DNA from: Azolla caroliniana
Lineage: Eukaryota > Plantae > Polypodiophyta
Reading direction: 5' to 3'
Assembly (NCBI GenBank): GCA_043228905.1
Contig: JBHGNT010001022.1
Location: 1 to 12,857 of the forward strand
Length of the DNA: 12,857 nucleotides
Part shown: in pieces, positions 1-10,186 of the stretch
Layout: each line of letters opens with the position of its first letter
Numbering within the stretch: position 1 is the stretch's first letter
The notes under the pieces: generated by a model
What the model was told of the DNA's origin: nothing
The model's database searches: none
What the model saw: only the letters and a program-made list of their open reading frames with translations
Program-made: the position numbers and the translations under genes

Positions 1-74
1 CTACCTTACCTACTCGCCTTACCTACCAGCGTATTACATTTAACTAATTTATATTTCTGGCCTATGGACAACAC

Positions 75-930
75 CTCCATCACAATCAAGGAGCCCTTTG
101 AGTTGGTGGTCCATTAGGACATCGTTGGTCATTTTCCTACATCGGCACGAGGTAATAAGTACATCTTAATATAAAGGAAAACCTCAATGGATGGTGCAAA
201 GCTATTCCTCTCCTTCACATCACAACCGATACATTGGCCCAAGATCTCTTGGACAAATTAATTTTCCCTCGTAGATGCCCACTACAACTTCTATCTTACC
301 AAGGTTCTTAGTTCTAGGGCAAAGTCATGTGCATGCTTGCCTAGACCCTAGGGATCAACCAATTATTCACATCCCCTTGTCACCCACAAAACAAATGGCC
401 TAATCGAGAGGATGAAGAAGACGATCAAGCAAATCATCACCACCTATGTGGATCTTGTACACCATGATTGGGACGAGAACCTACCTTTTGCAATCCACAG
501 ATACAACACATTCGTGCAAGCATCGACCCAAATCAACCCTTTCCGCACACTATATGGTCGAGATCCTTGATTGCCTCAAGACCCTCGATCAGCCCAGGTG
601 AAGCTCCGCCATGTGGACGCCATAAATGGTGTCGTTATTTGCAACACCACCAACCACTACTATGACGGGCCATGGAATACAAATTGGTGGTCACACAACA
701 AAGGCAAAAGCAAGAATACGAGGGACCACCCCGTCTAACTCACTTTCCATTCGACAGGCACAACCCGACTATATTTCCCTTAACATTGTCATAGGCTCCT
801 TGAGTCCCTCCTCCACTGTTGGGTCGGTCCTTACATCATCATTGAGCGGATCGACCCAAACACTCATAAGCTCGTGCAGTTGGAGGGTGGCACACTCACT
901 ACAACTCGCATATCGTGCATGAAGCACGTT
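75..930 (+). pseudogene. Decayed Ty3/gypsy retrotransposon integrase (core domain plus GPY/F module)
   Basis: Manual translation across stops and frameshifts gives EPFELVVH*DIVGHFPTSARGNKYILI, WCKAIPLLHITTDTLAQDLLDKLIF..CPLQLLSYQGS*F, TSPCHPQ/TNGLIERMKKTIKQ, HDWDENLPFAIHRYNT..ASTQINPFRTLYGRDP, and WVGPYIIIERIDPNTHKL (GPY at 826-834). These are the standard gypsy integrase motifs in the correct order. Multiple stops show it is dead. Confidence 0.93.
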
Positions 931-1023
931 CCCTCCCTGACGTCCCCAAGTAACTCTGCACTCGCCACAACACCAATCCAAACCAAATCCTAGCATGATC
1001 CAAGATAAGCTCGGGTTTGGTCT

Positions 1024-1035
1024 AGAAGGGGGAGG
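1024..1035 (+). other. Polypurine tract (PPT) of the gypsy element
   Basis: AGAAGGGGGAGG lies about 100 nt after the integrase remnant and is immediately followed by TGT at 1036, the canonical PPT-LTR junction. Confidence 0.8.
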
Positions 1036-1328
1036 TGTAGAGTGCCCATGCGAGGTGCCATGCACATAGCCCCTGCAAACGCCATGTGTAACAGTTAATA
1101 GCCCATATGGGCCTCTATATAAATGGAGTGTTTGCTCACCACAAAAGGCAAAAGAGGTTCCCCTTCATTTTTGCTTCTTGTGTATATCACAATATGTCAA
1201 TTCTTGTCACCAAGCCTATTTCCTAAGCTTCCTCATATCACATTGTGTTGTTTGGGTTCCAAAATCAATGTCCATGATGACCCTAAAGGTGGCATATGGT
1301 GATCACATAGTGAACTTACGGTGACACA
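1036..1328 (+). mobile_element. Probable 3' LTR of the gypsy element (right boundary uncertain)
   Basis: Starts with TGT directly after the PPT. Contains the palindrome GCCCATATGGGC (1101-1112) and TATATAAA (1116-1123). Candidate ACA ends at 1326 or 1328. The 5' LTR is not in the window, so the end cannot be confirmed. Confidence 0.55.
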
Positions 1329-2167
1329 TGGGAGTTGTGGCTAAAGCAAAATGTTGGTTGTCTATCTTTTGAGTGTTCTTCATCCGAAATTTCTAACTTT
1401 CATAAACATGATGCACTATCTACCTACATCCAATCCAAATTGGACCTCGTGAGGTACTTGGATAAGAGTTTTCATTTTTAAGTTATTGCGTCCATCCCTC
1501 TTGTTATTTCCCTTTTGATAACCTTATTTATTAGTTATTTCCTCTCGTTATTTCTCTTGTATGTTGTATCTCCAAGGTCCACATATCGATATAAACATCA
1601 GCAAATGTAGTTGTAAGTTGTAAACATGGCAAAATGGATTGTCTAGTCTAGAGAAAGAATATGTTGAGTCTTATTGAACTAGGATCTATTGGCCAAACTC
1701 CATGGATTGTACTACCAACCCCAATCTCTCATACACTAGACTTCTTTGTTCAATTGGTGTCTTTCACTCATCCATATGATCTCTTTGTGGGGTTGGTCAC
1801 ACACAAAATCAATGAAGCTTGGATGAAGAACATCTAAAAGATAAGATAAACAACCAACTCTTGTATATAATATTTGATGACAAGAAGAAACTCTAGAACT
1901 AAAACATCCCAACTACCTCACCAGGAGACCTTCAAATCAATCACACTCCTCATCCACAAGGGATAGCATCCTCGTGCGATACACAACGTGCAAGACGTAC
2001 AATCAAAACGAGGTCCCTCAAGAATGATGATAGATCTAGGAATTCTCAAGACCATAAGCAAAAACAATATTTGTTATGTGGCACTCGTTTTGGTAGCACA
2101 TCTTGGGAGGACCCATCTTTTGTCTGCGTATCTGTTATGTGTTGTCCTCTCGTCAGTCTTTACCCGA

Positions 2168-2608
2168 GACACGCAAGAAGAGGAGACGAGAGCTGAGGCG
2201 CTTATATCTTGAGATCACTCATGGGACACACCAGGACATGGCTCTTTCGCAAGTCCTTTCGCAAGTCCTGATGGATCTTCGAGACTCCAATGAAGATTCT
2301 AGGAGAATCTCGATGGATCTTCTCGAGAATCCCTCTTCCCGATGGACACACGAGGAGAGGAGAGGAGAACTGAGGAGGCGCTTATATCTTGAGACCACTC
2401 AGGGGGGACACACGTTAGGACATGGGCTCTCATACGTCGTCCGTCATGATGGATCTTTGAGACTCTCGTGAATATCCTTAGAGAATCTCGAGCATCATGG
2501 GATCACGGGGCACAATGGGGCATGGCTCTCGTAAGTCCCGATGGATCTTCGTGTCGACACCCGTGAAGACACCATTCATATTCTGTGAAGATTCTCAGAG
2601 AATCTCGA
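2168..2608. repeat. Degenerate direct repeats (two ~145-bp blocks ~178 bp apart plus a partial third) upstream of the gene
   Basis: GAGGCGCTTATATCTTGAGA(T/C)CACTCA occurs twice. CATGG(G)CTCT...GATGGATCTT...GAGAATCTCGA occurs three times. There is an internal exact 12-bp tandem duplication CTTTCGCAAGTC at 2244-2267. Confidence 0.8.
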
Positions 2609-2764
2609 CGAGTCGTCCCGGACCCCCCGTGGAGATGCTCGCAGAATCTTGGGCACCTCAAGATTCCCCGGAAAAACACCCAACATATGTACATATATGG
2701 TCATCACCATCATCACCATCATCTTCTTCTGATTCAGTAGTGAAGAGAGAGCCAACCCTCTGCC

Positions 2765-2812
2765 ATGCTCGCCATCGCAGATCTCTCCATCTCCTTCTTT
2801 GCTTCTTCTCAG
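2765..2812 (+). CDS. Exon 1 of a 147-aa putative plastid-targeted single-TM protein (MLAIADLSISFFASSQ)
   Basis: GCCATGC start context. CAG|GTAAAA donor at 2813. The 95-nt phase-0 intron ends TTGCAG at 2907 and joins in frame to exon 2. Confidence 0.75.
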
Positions 2813-2907
2813 GTAAAACGATCCTCCTCCCCCACTTCATTTTGAGAGATTTCGATCGATCCATTCTTTTCAAGGTCCATGTCCATCTCCAACCTCGATT
2901 CTTGCAG

Positions 2908-3025
2908 GTTCCTTCCTTCAGCATAAACAGATGTAATTCTCTGCGTTTTAGAGAGAAATTCTGCCCTCTCGCTACTTCCAAAGGAAATGGAAATGGTTCG
3001 GAAGACATCCCTGAAGAAAGTAGAG
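2908..3025 (+). CDS. Exon 2 (VPSFSINRCNSLRFREKFCPLATSKGNGNGSEDIPEESR-G)
   Basis: Ser/Arg-rich transit-peptide-like segment followed by an acidic linker. The AG|GTGACA donor at 3026 is phase 1 and matches the phase of the acceptor at 4498. Confidence 0.78.
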
Positions 3026-3119
3026 GTGACAGACAACTCATTCTTGTTCTTATCTTTATTCGATTATCGCTGTATCTTTATCTTCGAAGGACTAATAGGA
3101 TATTAATAGATCGAGCTGA

Positions 3120-3965
3120 TGCACTTCATGTCGTCTTGATTGTATGTTTATGTGATTCTTGCTGTTTCTTGTTGTCAATCTCGTATGTTTCTTGGTTTTT
3201 AATGATGAAAGCCAAATCCTTTGCGATATGTCTTCTCTCGATTGTATGTGTACGTGGTACTCTCGGTTTCATGGAATTCAGTCAAAGCAAAGGCTTGATG
3301 ATGTGTGTTTGGTTCAGTGTCTTTCTTGGACTTCAGAGAAAGCGAATGGCTTGGGTGTTCATGCATGCGTATGTGTTTCTGTAACGATTCTGATCTTCCA
3401 GGAAAGCACAAGTCTCTGTGCCATGTCTTCTTTGATTGTTTCTGTAGGTATATTGCTTTTCAAAGAAAGCTTTGCATCGTGTCTTCTTGATTGTGTGTAC
3501 ATATGATTCGTTTCTGGAACTTTAACGAAATCTAAAGCTTCACTGTAAATTTTATATGGTCTGTCTGTATCTTGGTCTACAAAGTAAGCAAAATAATTTG
3601 CATCATGTCTTCATGATTGCAGTTGTACATGCTTCTTCAAAGAATTTAAAAGCCTGCACATAATGTCTTACTGATTGTATTCCTACGCGTTTCTGTCTAT
3701 TTGGACTTCAAAGAAAGCAAATTGATTGAAACAGAAATATGTTTCTATGCATGTAATATTGGTCTTCAAGTAAGAAAAGAACATCATGCTGATTATGTCT
3801 TCCTGATTCTTTGTGCAAATGTTTATTTGAACGTTGGCCTTCAAAGAATGCAAAGGTGATCACGTAATTGTCATGTGCATCACGTCATATTGTTGGTGTG
3901 TATGTGTGTGTTTCTGTTTATATACTGGTCTAGAAAGAAAGAAAAGAACTGCATATAATGTCCTC
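3120..3965. repeat. Highly degenerate intronic repeat array
   Basis: An ATGTCTTC-TGATTG-like motif recurs near 3128, 3228, 3423, 3479, 3605, 3663, 3795 and 3958, interleaved with TTGG(A/T)CTTCAAAGAAAGC-like motifs near 3326, 3572, 3701, 3759 and 3834. Confidence 0.7.
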
Positions 3966-4498
3966 TATAAATAAATAAATAAATAAATATACACACATTT
4001 TGGTTTGATGATGCCTGTGAACTTCTATATGGAGTAATGTGGAAGTGTCTTATTTGCCTTTGTTTACATAAACCTGTGAATGTATCAATTCCTTCTTACT
4101 TTCTATAGATTTATCTTTTAGTTTGATGATGTCTATGAACTTCCTTATGAAGTTTTTTGTTTGTATATATTGAATGCACATACAAACACATGAATGCATT
4201 AAGTCCTTACGAAACTGTATACACATATTTTAACCTGATATTTCTTGTGAATTTTTGTTCTAAATTACATGCATGTAAACATGTGAATGCAAAAGTTCTT
4301 GTTGCTCAACTATATACACATTTTTGGCTTAGTGATCCCTTTGAATGTGCTTGACACCTTTCCTATTTGGATTGACGATTTAATTAGGCAGTGTACATAT
4401 GTGTGGCTGTTATTCGAGGATTTGATGTTGTGCTCATATTCATACTTCTTTCTGTCATTGTAGAAGTTCCTTAAAATTTTAACTATTTTTGTTTCCAG

Positions 4499-4776
4499 GG
4501 GAGAAGGATGTTGATTGGGATAAGGCTTGGTCAAGCTACAAGCAAAGAAAGAACAAGAAATCTTTTCTCTCTATGTTTGATGTTGAGCAATATGTGAGTC
4601 GGAGCCCGAGAAACAATGACTATCCCCCGTCAAAAGAAATTGATCCTCTCAAGAGAACTGAGCGATTTACACTTGATTTTTGGACAGATTCTCGATTCAC
4701 ATTGGCTGGATTTGGTGTTATTTTCACTCTGTTTATTTACATGGTCATCATCATTGGGGCACCTCCGCCAAAATGA
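4499..4776 (+). CDS. Exon 3, mature domain: EKDVDWDKAWSSYKQ...DPLKRTERFTLDFWTDSRFTL plus C-terminal TM helix; uncharacterised plant protein
   Basis: Strong acceptor TTTTTGTTTCCAG|G. Open to TGA at 4774-4776. Hydrophobic tail LAGFGVIFTLFIYMVIIIGA. The DVDWDKAW...DP.KRTER motif resembles, from memory and not a search, a conserved uncharacterised plant membrane protein. Spliced length 48+118+278=444 nt. Confidence 0.9.
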
Positions 4777-5507
4777 CTCGCATTTTCGGGGTTGTAAATA
4801 TACATGATGTACAATATGATGTTGACACTGATTTTTGTGAAGGAAAGATTCTGATAATCTTATCACATGGTATGTATCATAGTTCACTTCAGATGGTTAC
4901 AGAAATGTCTAGTTTTGATGACAGTGTGTGCAATCACGGTCCCAAATGCCAGGTGAGGAGATGAAAGGGTGGTAATCTGTTTCCAATATTTTGATTGGTC
5001 TAGTGCTGGAAGGTTGGTAGTTGTTTCTAGCATCAGCAATAGCTGGTTCTGATCTCATATGAACTATGTATATATCTTTTGAATGCTAAATTCCATTCTT
5101 CGCATGGAAACGTTAATGATAACAACTTACATATATACATATTAGTAAGTTATCTCAATTTTATAGCATCATTATTGTATAATGCTATATTCAATCTTAA
5201 ATCCATTGATCACCTTCTTGGGCTCGATAAACATATGAGGTTCTTGTACAGTAAAGCAGTTTCTTTGCACCAACCATGGGAAACAATTTTATCATTTAGC
5301 ATTGAGCAATATCAAATCAAAGTTCCTAGACATGACCTTAAGAGAAATTGGTAAATATGATACATTGCACGTTTGCAGCTCTCAATGGCTCGATCAATGG
5401 TCTTCAAAGACTTGAAGTTGATAGATCAAATACTGTACCTTGATTATATGCTCATACATTTGTGTTAGATACGCAAAAGTAGTGGCTGTGGTTTTTGACA
5501 TTATAGA

Positions 5508-5795
5508 TTTTGCAAACAGAAGTCTAATTGAAGAGGATGTTCCTCCCATATTGGATATACATACGAATTTTGGTAGATTGATTCGATTCATTGAAAGTTG
5601 AAACCACACATTTTGTTAACATCATTATTAGCAAAATCTAATATAGCCACTGTTTTCTGACATATCATTGTTTCAAGTGTTTATTTTGCCAACAGAAATC
5701 TAATTGAAGAGGATGTTCCTCCCAAAGTGTGCATATATGTATATATATATACAAAATTTGGCAGTTTGATTGAACTGTATTGAAACCACATATTT
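5508..5795. repeat. Local direct duplication (~100 bp, offset ~176 bp)
   Basis: Exact 26-mer TCTAATTGAAGAGGATGTTCCTCCCA at 5523-5548 and 5699-5724. TTGAAACCACA at 5598 and 5780. Confidence 0.85.
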
Positions 5796-7832
5796 GGATA
5801 ATGTGAAAACCCTAAAAACGAAATACAAAATTAAACACATCAACCAAGAACCTCCCAGACACAAACTATATACACTATGTTGAGAATGTGGTACACATTG
5901 ATCCCCGGCAAGTGGATGGTATACCGATTGCAAATGTCACAATGATTACAACTTTGAACTACGCAACCACCAGAGGCCCGTGATTAGCAGTCACTGACAG
6001 ATATTAATGTGATTGAGTGTAACCAGTCTGGTTATATATGAATGACATTTTCACTAGGGTAATTTAGAAGGGCTCAATGAATTATGATTGAAAATTTTAT
6101 TATTGAAATGGAGAATTTTTTGAATATGCACTCATGTCATTTGCAATAGGAATATATCAGTTGCAATGAGATCGGAACCTTAGCTTTGTAAATAGATTTA
6201 ATTGAATCTCTTAAAATAGGCAATAAATGATGTATTCCATTTTAAAAGACAACAATCTTTCCTCAGAAAACACTAACATTGATTTACATGGTTTTGACAT
6301 ACAACATGAATACTCACATGTACCTGTATTGTAAAAATTTAATAAAGAGAAGCTTAATTTAAGATTTAAAAAAAAAGGTTATGTAGATGATTCTGTCAAG
6401 AGCATGATTCGTCCTGATTACTCAATCCTTCTACATCCATCCCTAGACAACGTGCAGGAGTGGATAAATACTCAGTAACAAATTTCCATGCATGATCAAT
6501 GCCCCTTTATACATGTCCGAGAGACCACCATGTACGCGAGATCGCTGAAATGAAATGAGCTGAACTGTAAACAAGCCAAAAATGGATTCCATGGATGTAT
6601 TACAGAGAATCCAACACATACCAAACACACTCAATTCATGGAAAGAGTTTAAAACATGGTCATTCAACCTTCAAGTATACTCTCTGAATGTATTGCATGT
6701 ATCATTCTCAGCCTTTTAATTAAGCTGTACACATTACATTCCCACTGTAGAGAGCCACTGTAAGTCACTAGACACCATGGTTATGTTAGGTAAATTCTCT
6801 ACAGGTTAAACATGGTCAACAATGTACATGTGTGCTCATCATCCCCTGTTTCCGATTCCACAGAGGTTCAGTCCAAGGCATGACAGAAAGAGTTGGGTGG
6901 AGGTGTAAAATGAGCTTTAAACACTCATCAATGTTTACATCTTCCACCCAAAACGTATGCTGCAGACCTCATCATGAATGGGTTATGGATCCTTGTCCTC
7001 AGTCATCATCATCATCTACAGCACTAAAATTTAGCTGTGGAAGGTCTAGCTCGTAATTTGACATCCTGATGAGGCTAAAGGTGAGCACAGTTGATGTATA
7101 ATATGTATATCCCAGACGATCTCTGCATTTCATATCATCTGAATTTAATAAGAGTTAACTCTGGAAAGCCTGGATGTTGATACCACATATTGCTTAGACT
7201 CTACAGCCTCGGGAGAACTATGGAATATGTAGCCATGGCGATAGATGTAATCATCATCTGCATTAATCGCAGGAGTCCTTGAAGGTCTATATGCTGCTGC
7301 CACATCTTGGGGATCTTCTCATCCTACTTCCATCAGAGGAAACAACATAAACGAATCGATCTAAAGAGCCCAGAAATCACTAGACCTAGTGAAGTAAAAT
7401 GACAAACAAACATTAAACCCTTGAAAATTAGGTTTACAGATTGGCAATTACGAAGAAATGTTCAAAGAGGGAAACAAATTGAGTAATTTCAGTGTGTTTT
7501 TCTATGAGTATAAGTTATGTCTGTAACCATTATGCATTGAATTCAAAAACTGGACTCACAAATTGACCCCATTTCTTACACACAAGAAAATTATGATACC
7601 TGTTTGCAACCCTATTTCCATCCAGTCGCTTCCAACTGTAGTGTCACTCCAGTGTCATGAATCGCATTGCCAGACTGTGTGCCATTTAGATGTGCAATGG
7701 AGATGTATTTTGTGTGTGAAAGATGAAACTAACAGAGTGATTAAAGAAGAAAATCGTTTTCTTCATTATTTCCCTGCACACTCCCAGTTTCATGACTAAG
7801 TTCAGTAGATTGTTCGATATTCCTTCGTTGCT

Positions 7833-8089
7833 GCTCGGTTCATGTCAAAACCGTTTTTAAACGGTTTGGCGGTTTGACAAGGTTCAAGCCGAACTCGAAA
7901 CCGGTTAAGGATAAACGGTTTGTCCAAATCGATTCATAAACCGGATTAGGTTTAATCGGTTATGCCTTAACCAGTTTATGAACCGGTTTGGTTCAAGTTT
8001 GAAAACTTCCAAACCAGTTAAAGCTTAATCTGTTTGATCTGGACAAGGCCAAACTGGTTAAGCCGAAACCGAACCGTTCTGAATTCCTA
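7833..8089 (-). mobile_element. Truncated hAT-like MITE, inverted relative to the copy at 8787-9111
   Basis: The reverse complement begins TAGGAATTCAGAACGGTTCG, similar to TAGGATTCCGCAACGGTTCG at 8787. The copies share AGTTTTCAAACTTGAACC(A/G)AACCG. Dense AACCG/CGGTT motifs. The second TIR is missing. Confidence 0.75.
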
Positions 8090-8190
8090 GATACTAGTCT
8101 ATATCTCTCAAGTAAGCCTTTTGCTTTCTTTGTTGATTTTCCAACTCCGTTCGAGTATTGCCTATTGTTCTCCCCATTCCTTTTATTTCT

Positions 8191-8417
8191 ATATGATTGG
8201 AATTTGGCATGACACTATATACAAAATGGATGAGTAAGAGCGATAATAGAAGGGTGGAAACATGAAGAGGGTCTCATGGAGTGGTACATAAATCGGCAAT
8301 TCTTTATATATGATTGGCATAACACTATATACAAAATGGATAAGAAAGAGAGATAATTGAAGGGTGGAAACATGAAGACGGTCTTGAGGAGTTGTACATA
8401 AATCAATCATTCTTTCT
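8191..8417. repeat. Two-copy tandem duplication (117 and 110 bp)
   Basis: ATATGATTGG starts at 8191 and 8308. Shared blocks ACACTATATACAAAATGGAT, GAAGGGTGGAAACATGAAGA and GTACATAAATC. Confidence 0.92.
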
Positions 8418-8786
8418 ATTGCTTGCTGATTGATTTTATCTTCAACTACTCCATAGAAACATTTTATATCATTCACCCACGTATTAAGGATAGCCTATCT
8501 CATTATTTCCTACAAAAATAAGCTTACATAGAACAAAAAAACTGTTAGGAAACATGCCCCTCCGGATAGGAAGAGGAGCATGAGTCGAAAAAAGAACCAA
8601 AGAAAAATCAAACCGATTGTTCGATTTGGTAGTGGCCGAAATTCCTTTGTGAACGATGGCCTTTTGAAATGTCAATGGATTAAGACATGGGAGAAAAGGT
8701 GGAGGCTCATGATTAATACATGATACTACATATTATACATGTAACTACAAAACCATATTCTTCACCAAATAGGGGAACACGTCTAT

Positions 8787-9111
8787 TAGGATTCCGCAAC
8801 GGTTCGAGTTTGACATTGTCCAAACCAAATAAGTTAAGCCTTAACTAGTTTGAGAGTTTTCAAACTTGAACCGAACCGATTCCTAGCTCGATTAAGGTTT
8901 AGTCGGTTAATGCTAAACCAGGTTAGGAACTGGTTTGGATAAACAGTTAAAGCCTTAACCGGTTCGGCCCTAAACGATTCAAATCCTCTTGAACCTTTCC
9001 AAACTGAGCTTAAACCGGTTAAGGAGGCTGAAACCAATGTCGAACCGTTAAACTGTTTAAAATGGTTTAATGGCTTGGTTTAGGCTTGAGCTGAGCCGTT
9101 GCTACCTCCTA
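8787..9111 (+). mobile_element. Non-autonomous hAT-like MITE (325 bp)
   Basis: Imperfect 19-bp TIRs: TAGGATTCCGCAACGGTTC versus the reverse complement of the right end, TAGGAGGTAGCAACGGCTC. Flanking 8-mers ACGTCTAT (8779-8786) and ACTTCAAT (9112-9119) match 6/8, consistent with an aged 8-bp hAT TSD. Many internal AACCG/CGGTT motifs. Confidence 0.82.
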
Positions 9112-9382
9112 ACTTCAATAGATATCTTACTTCACTTTAGCTTTGATGTGAGATGGGAGATTGGGGTCGATTGTGCTCATTTTATCATAAAGAAGCCCAA
9201 GAGTTCAAGAGTATTGTACTTTGATACAACCTTCTACTTTTATCTCATGTGATTTACGCTCATTCCACATATCTTCGAACCAACCCGATCCTTGCACAGA
9301 TTATTCTCGAAGTCACAATACAATATGCACTTTCAATTGCGATAATGAATTCAATCATCAATAGTTAAAAGTTCGAGAACAT

Positions 9383-9384
<2 letters not shown>

Positions 9385-9428
<44 letters not shown>
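9385..9428. repeat. (AG)22 microsatellite
   Basis: Perfect 44-nt AG run. Confidence 0.98.
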
Positions 9429-9429
<1 letters not shown>

Positions 9430-9431
<2 letters not shown>

Positions 9432-10186
9432 TTCAAATGTGGTACAAATTAAGATAGGGGATGACATTGTTGTAGACCCAATCAAGGTTATTGAGTTATG
9501 TATTACTCATTTTAAGAATTTGATTAGGCCAGAGTCGATTATCAATGAGGATGTGTTGAAAGCACGACAAGAGTTTTATAATGTAATTGGGAGTGTCGTG
9601 AATACAAATATTTGTCAAGAATTGGATGTTGATTTGGACGAAGCTGAGGTGGAAAAGGTATTGTTACACCTTCCCAATGGTAAAAGCCTTGGTTGGGATG
9701 GTGTTACAAATGAAGTTTTTAAGATGTTGGCAAGCTCAAGAGTCCATTCACACAAATGTTTTAACATGTTGGGATTCTGGTTTCATGCTTGAGAGTTGGA
9801 AGGCGGGCTTAATCAAATTGATACCAAAGGTACCATCTCCGGAGTCATTTCATTAATGGAGGCCTATTTCATTGATGGTAGGGTTATACAAAGTGTTTGC
9901 AAAGATATTATCCAACAGACTTCAGAAGTTCTTACCTCAACTTATTCATCCATCTCAATATGGTTTTATTACAGGTAGAAATATATGGCATAATGTTTTG
10001 AATGTTCAAATGGCTACCGATTATGCTCGACATACACATCAAGAAATGATTATGGTGCAATTAGATTTGGAAAAAGCATATGATCATGTTAATTGGTCTT
10101 TTCTCTCAGGTGTGATGTATAATATGGGGTTTGGTCCTTGTATGTGTCGACTTATCTTTTTGCTAGGGCAAAATGCGACCTCGCGT
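9430..10186 (+). pseudogene. L1-type LINE ORF2 remnant, 5' part (linker and N-terminal RT)
   Basis: LPNGKSLGWDGVTNEVFK, LIKLIPKV, WRPISLM..LYKVFAKILSNRL, IHPSQYGFITGRNIWHNV and QLDLEKAYDHVNWSFL are diagnostic non-LTR RT motifs. Frameshifts and a stop at ~9723-9770, and a stop at 9854. Confidence 0.95.

Noticed and set aside
468-1065. ORFs 468-665, 626-922 and 769-1065
   Set aside because: These are off-frame or antisense readings of the decayed integrase.
2103-2471. 122-aa ORF with repeated RRLYLE motif
   Set aside because: It reflects the underlying DNA repeat, starts at TTG and has no recognisable domain.
2497-3384. 295-aa ORF as a single-exon gene
   Set aside because: It reads through promoter repeats, intron 1 and T-rich intron 2. 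Only 2908-3025 fits the phase-consistent spliced model.
5806-5816. AAACCCTAAA as a telomerase RNA template
   Set aside because: A single telomere-like motif with no recognisable USE/TATA Pol III promoter or conserved flanking structure; such motifs are common in plant DNA.
6800-7260. C/D-box snoRNA cluster on the minus strand (several ATGATGA)
   Set aside because: I found no convincing CTGA D-box pairing with terminal stems and no rRNA-complementary guide I could recognise. The motifs fit GAT (Asp-codon) runs equally well.
8189-9252. Short ORFs across the duplication and MITEs
   Set aside because: They lie in non-coding repeats, have no domain signature and show no transposase motifs.
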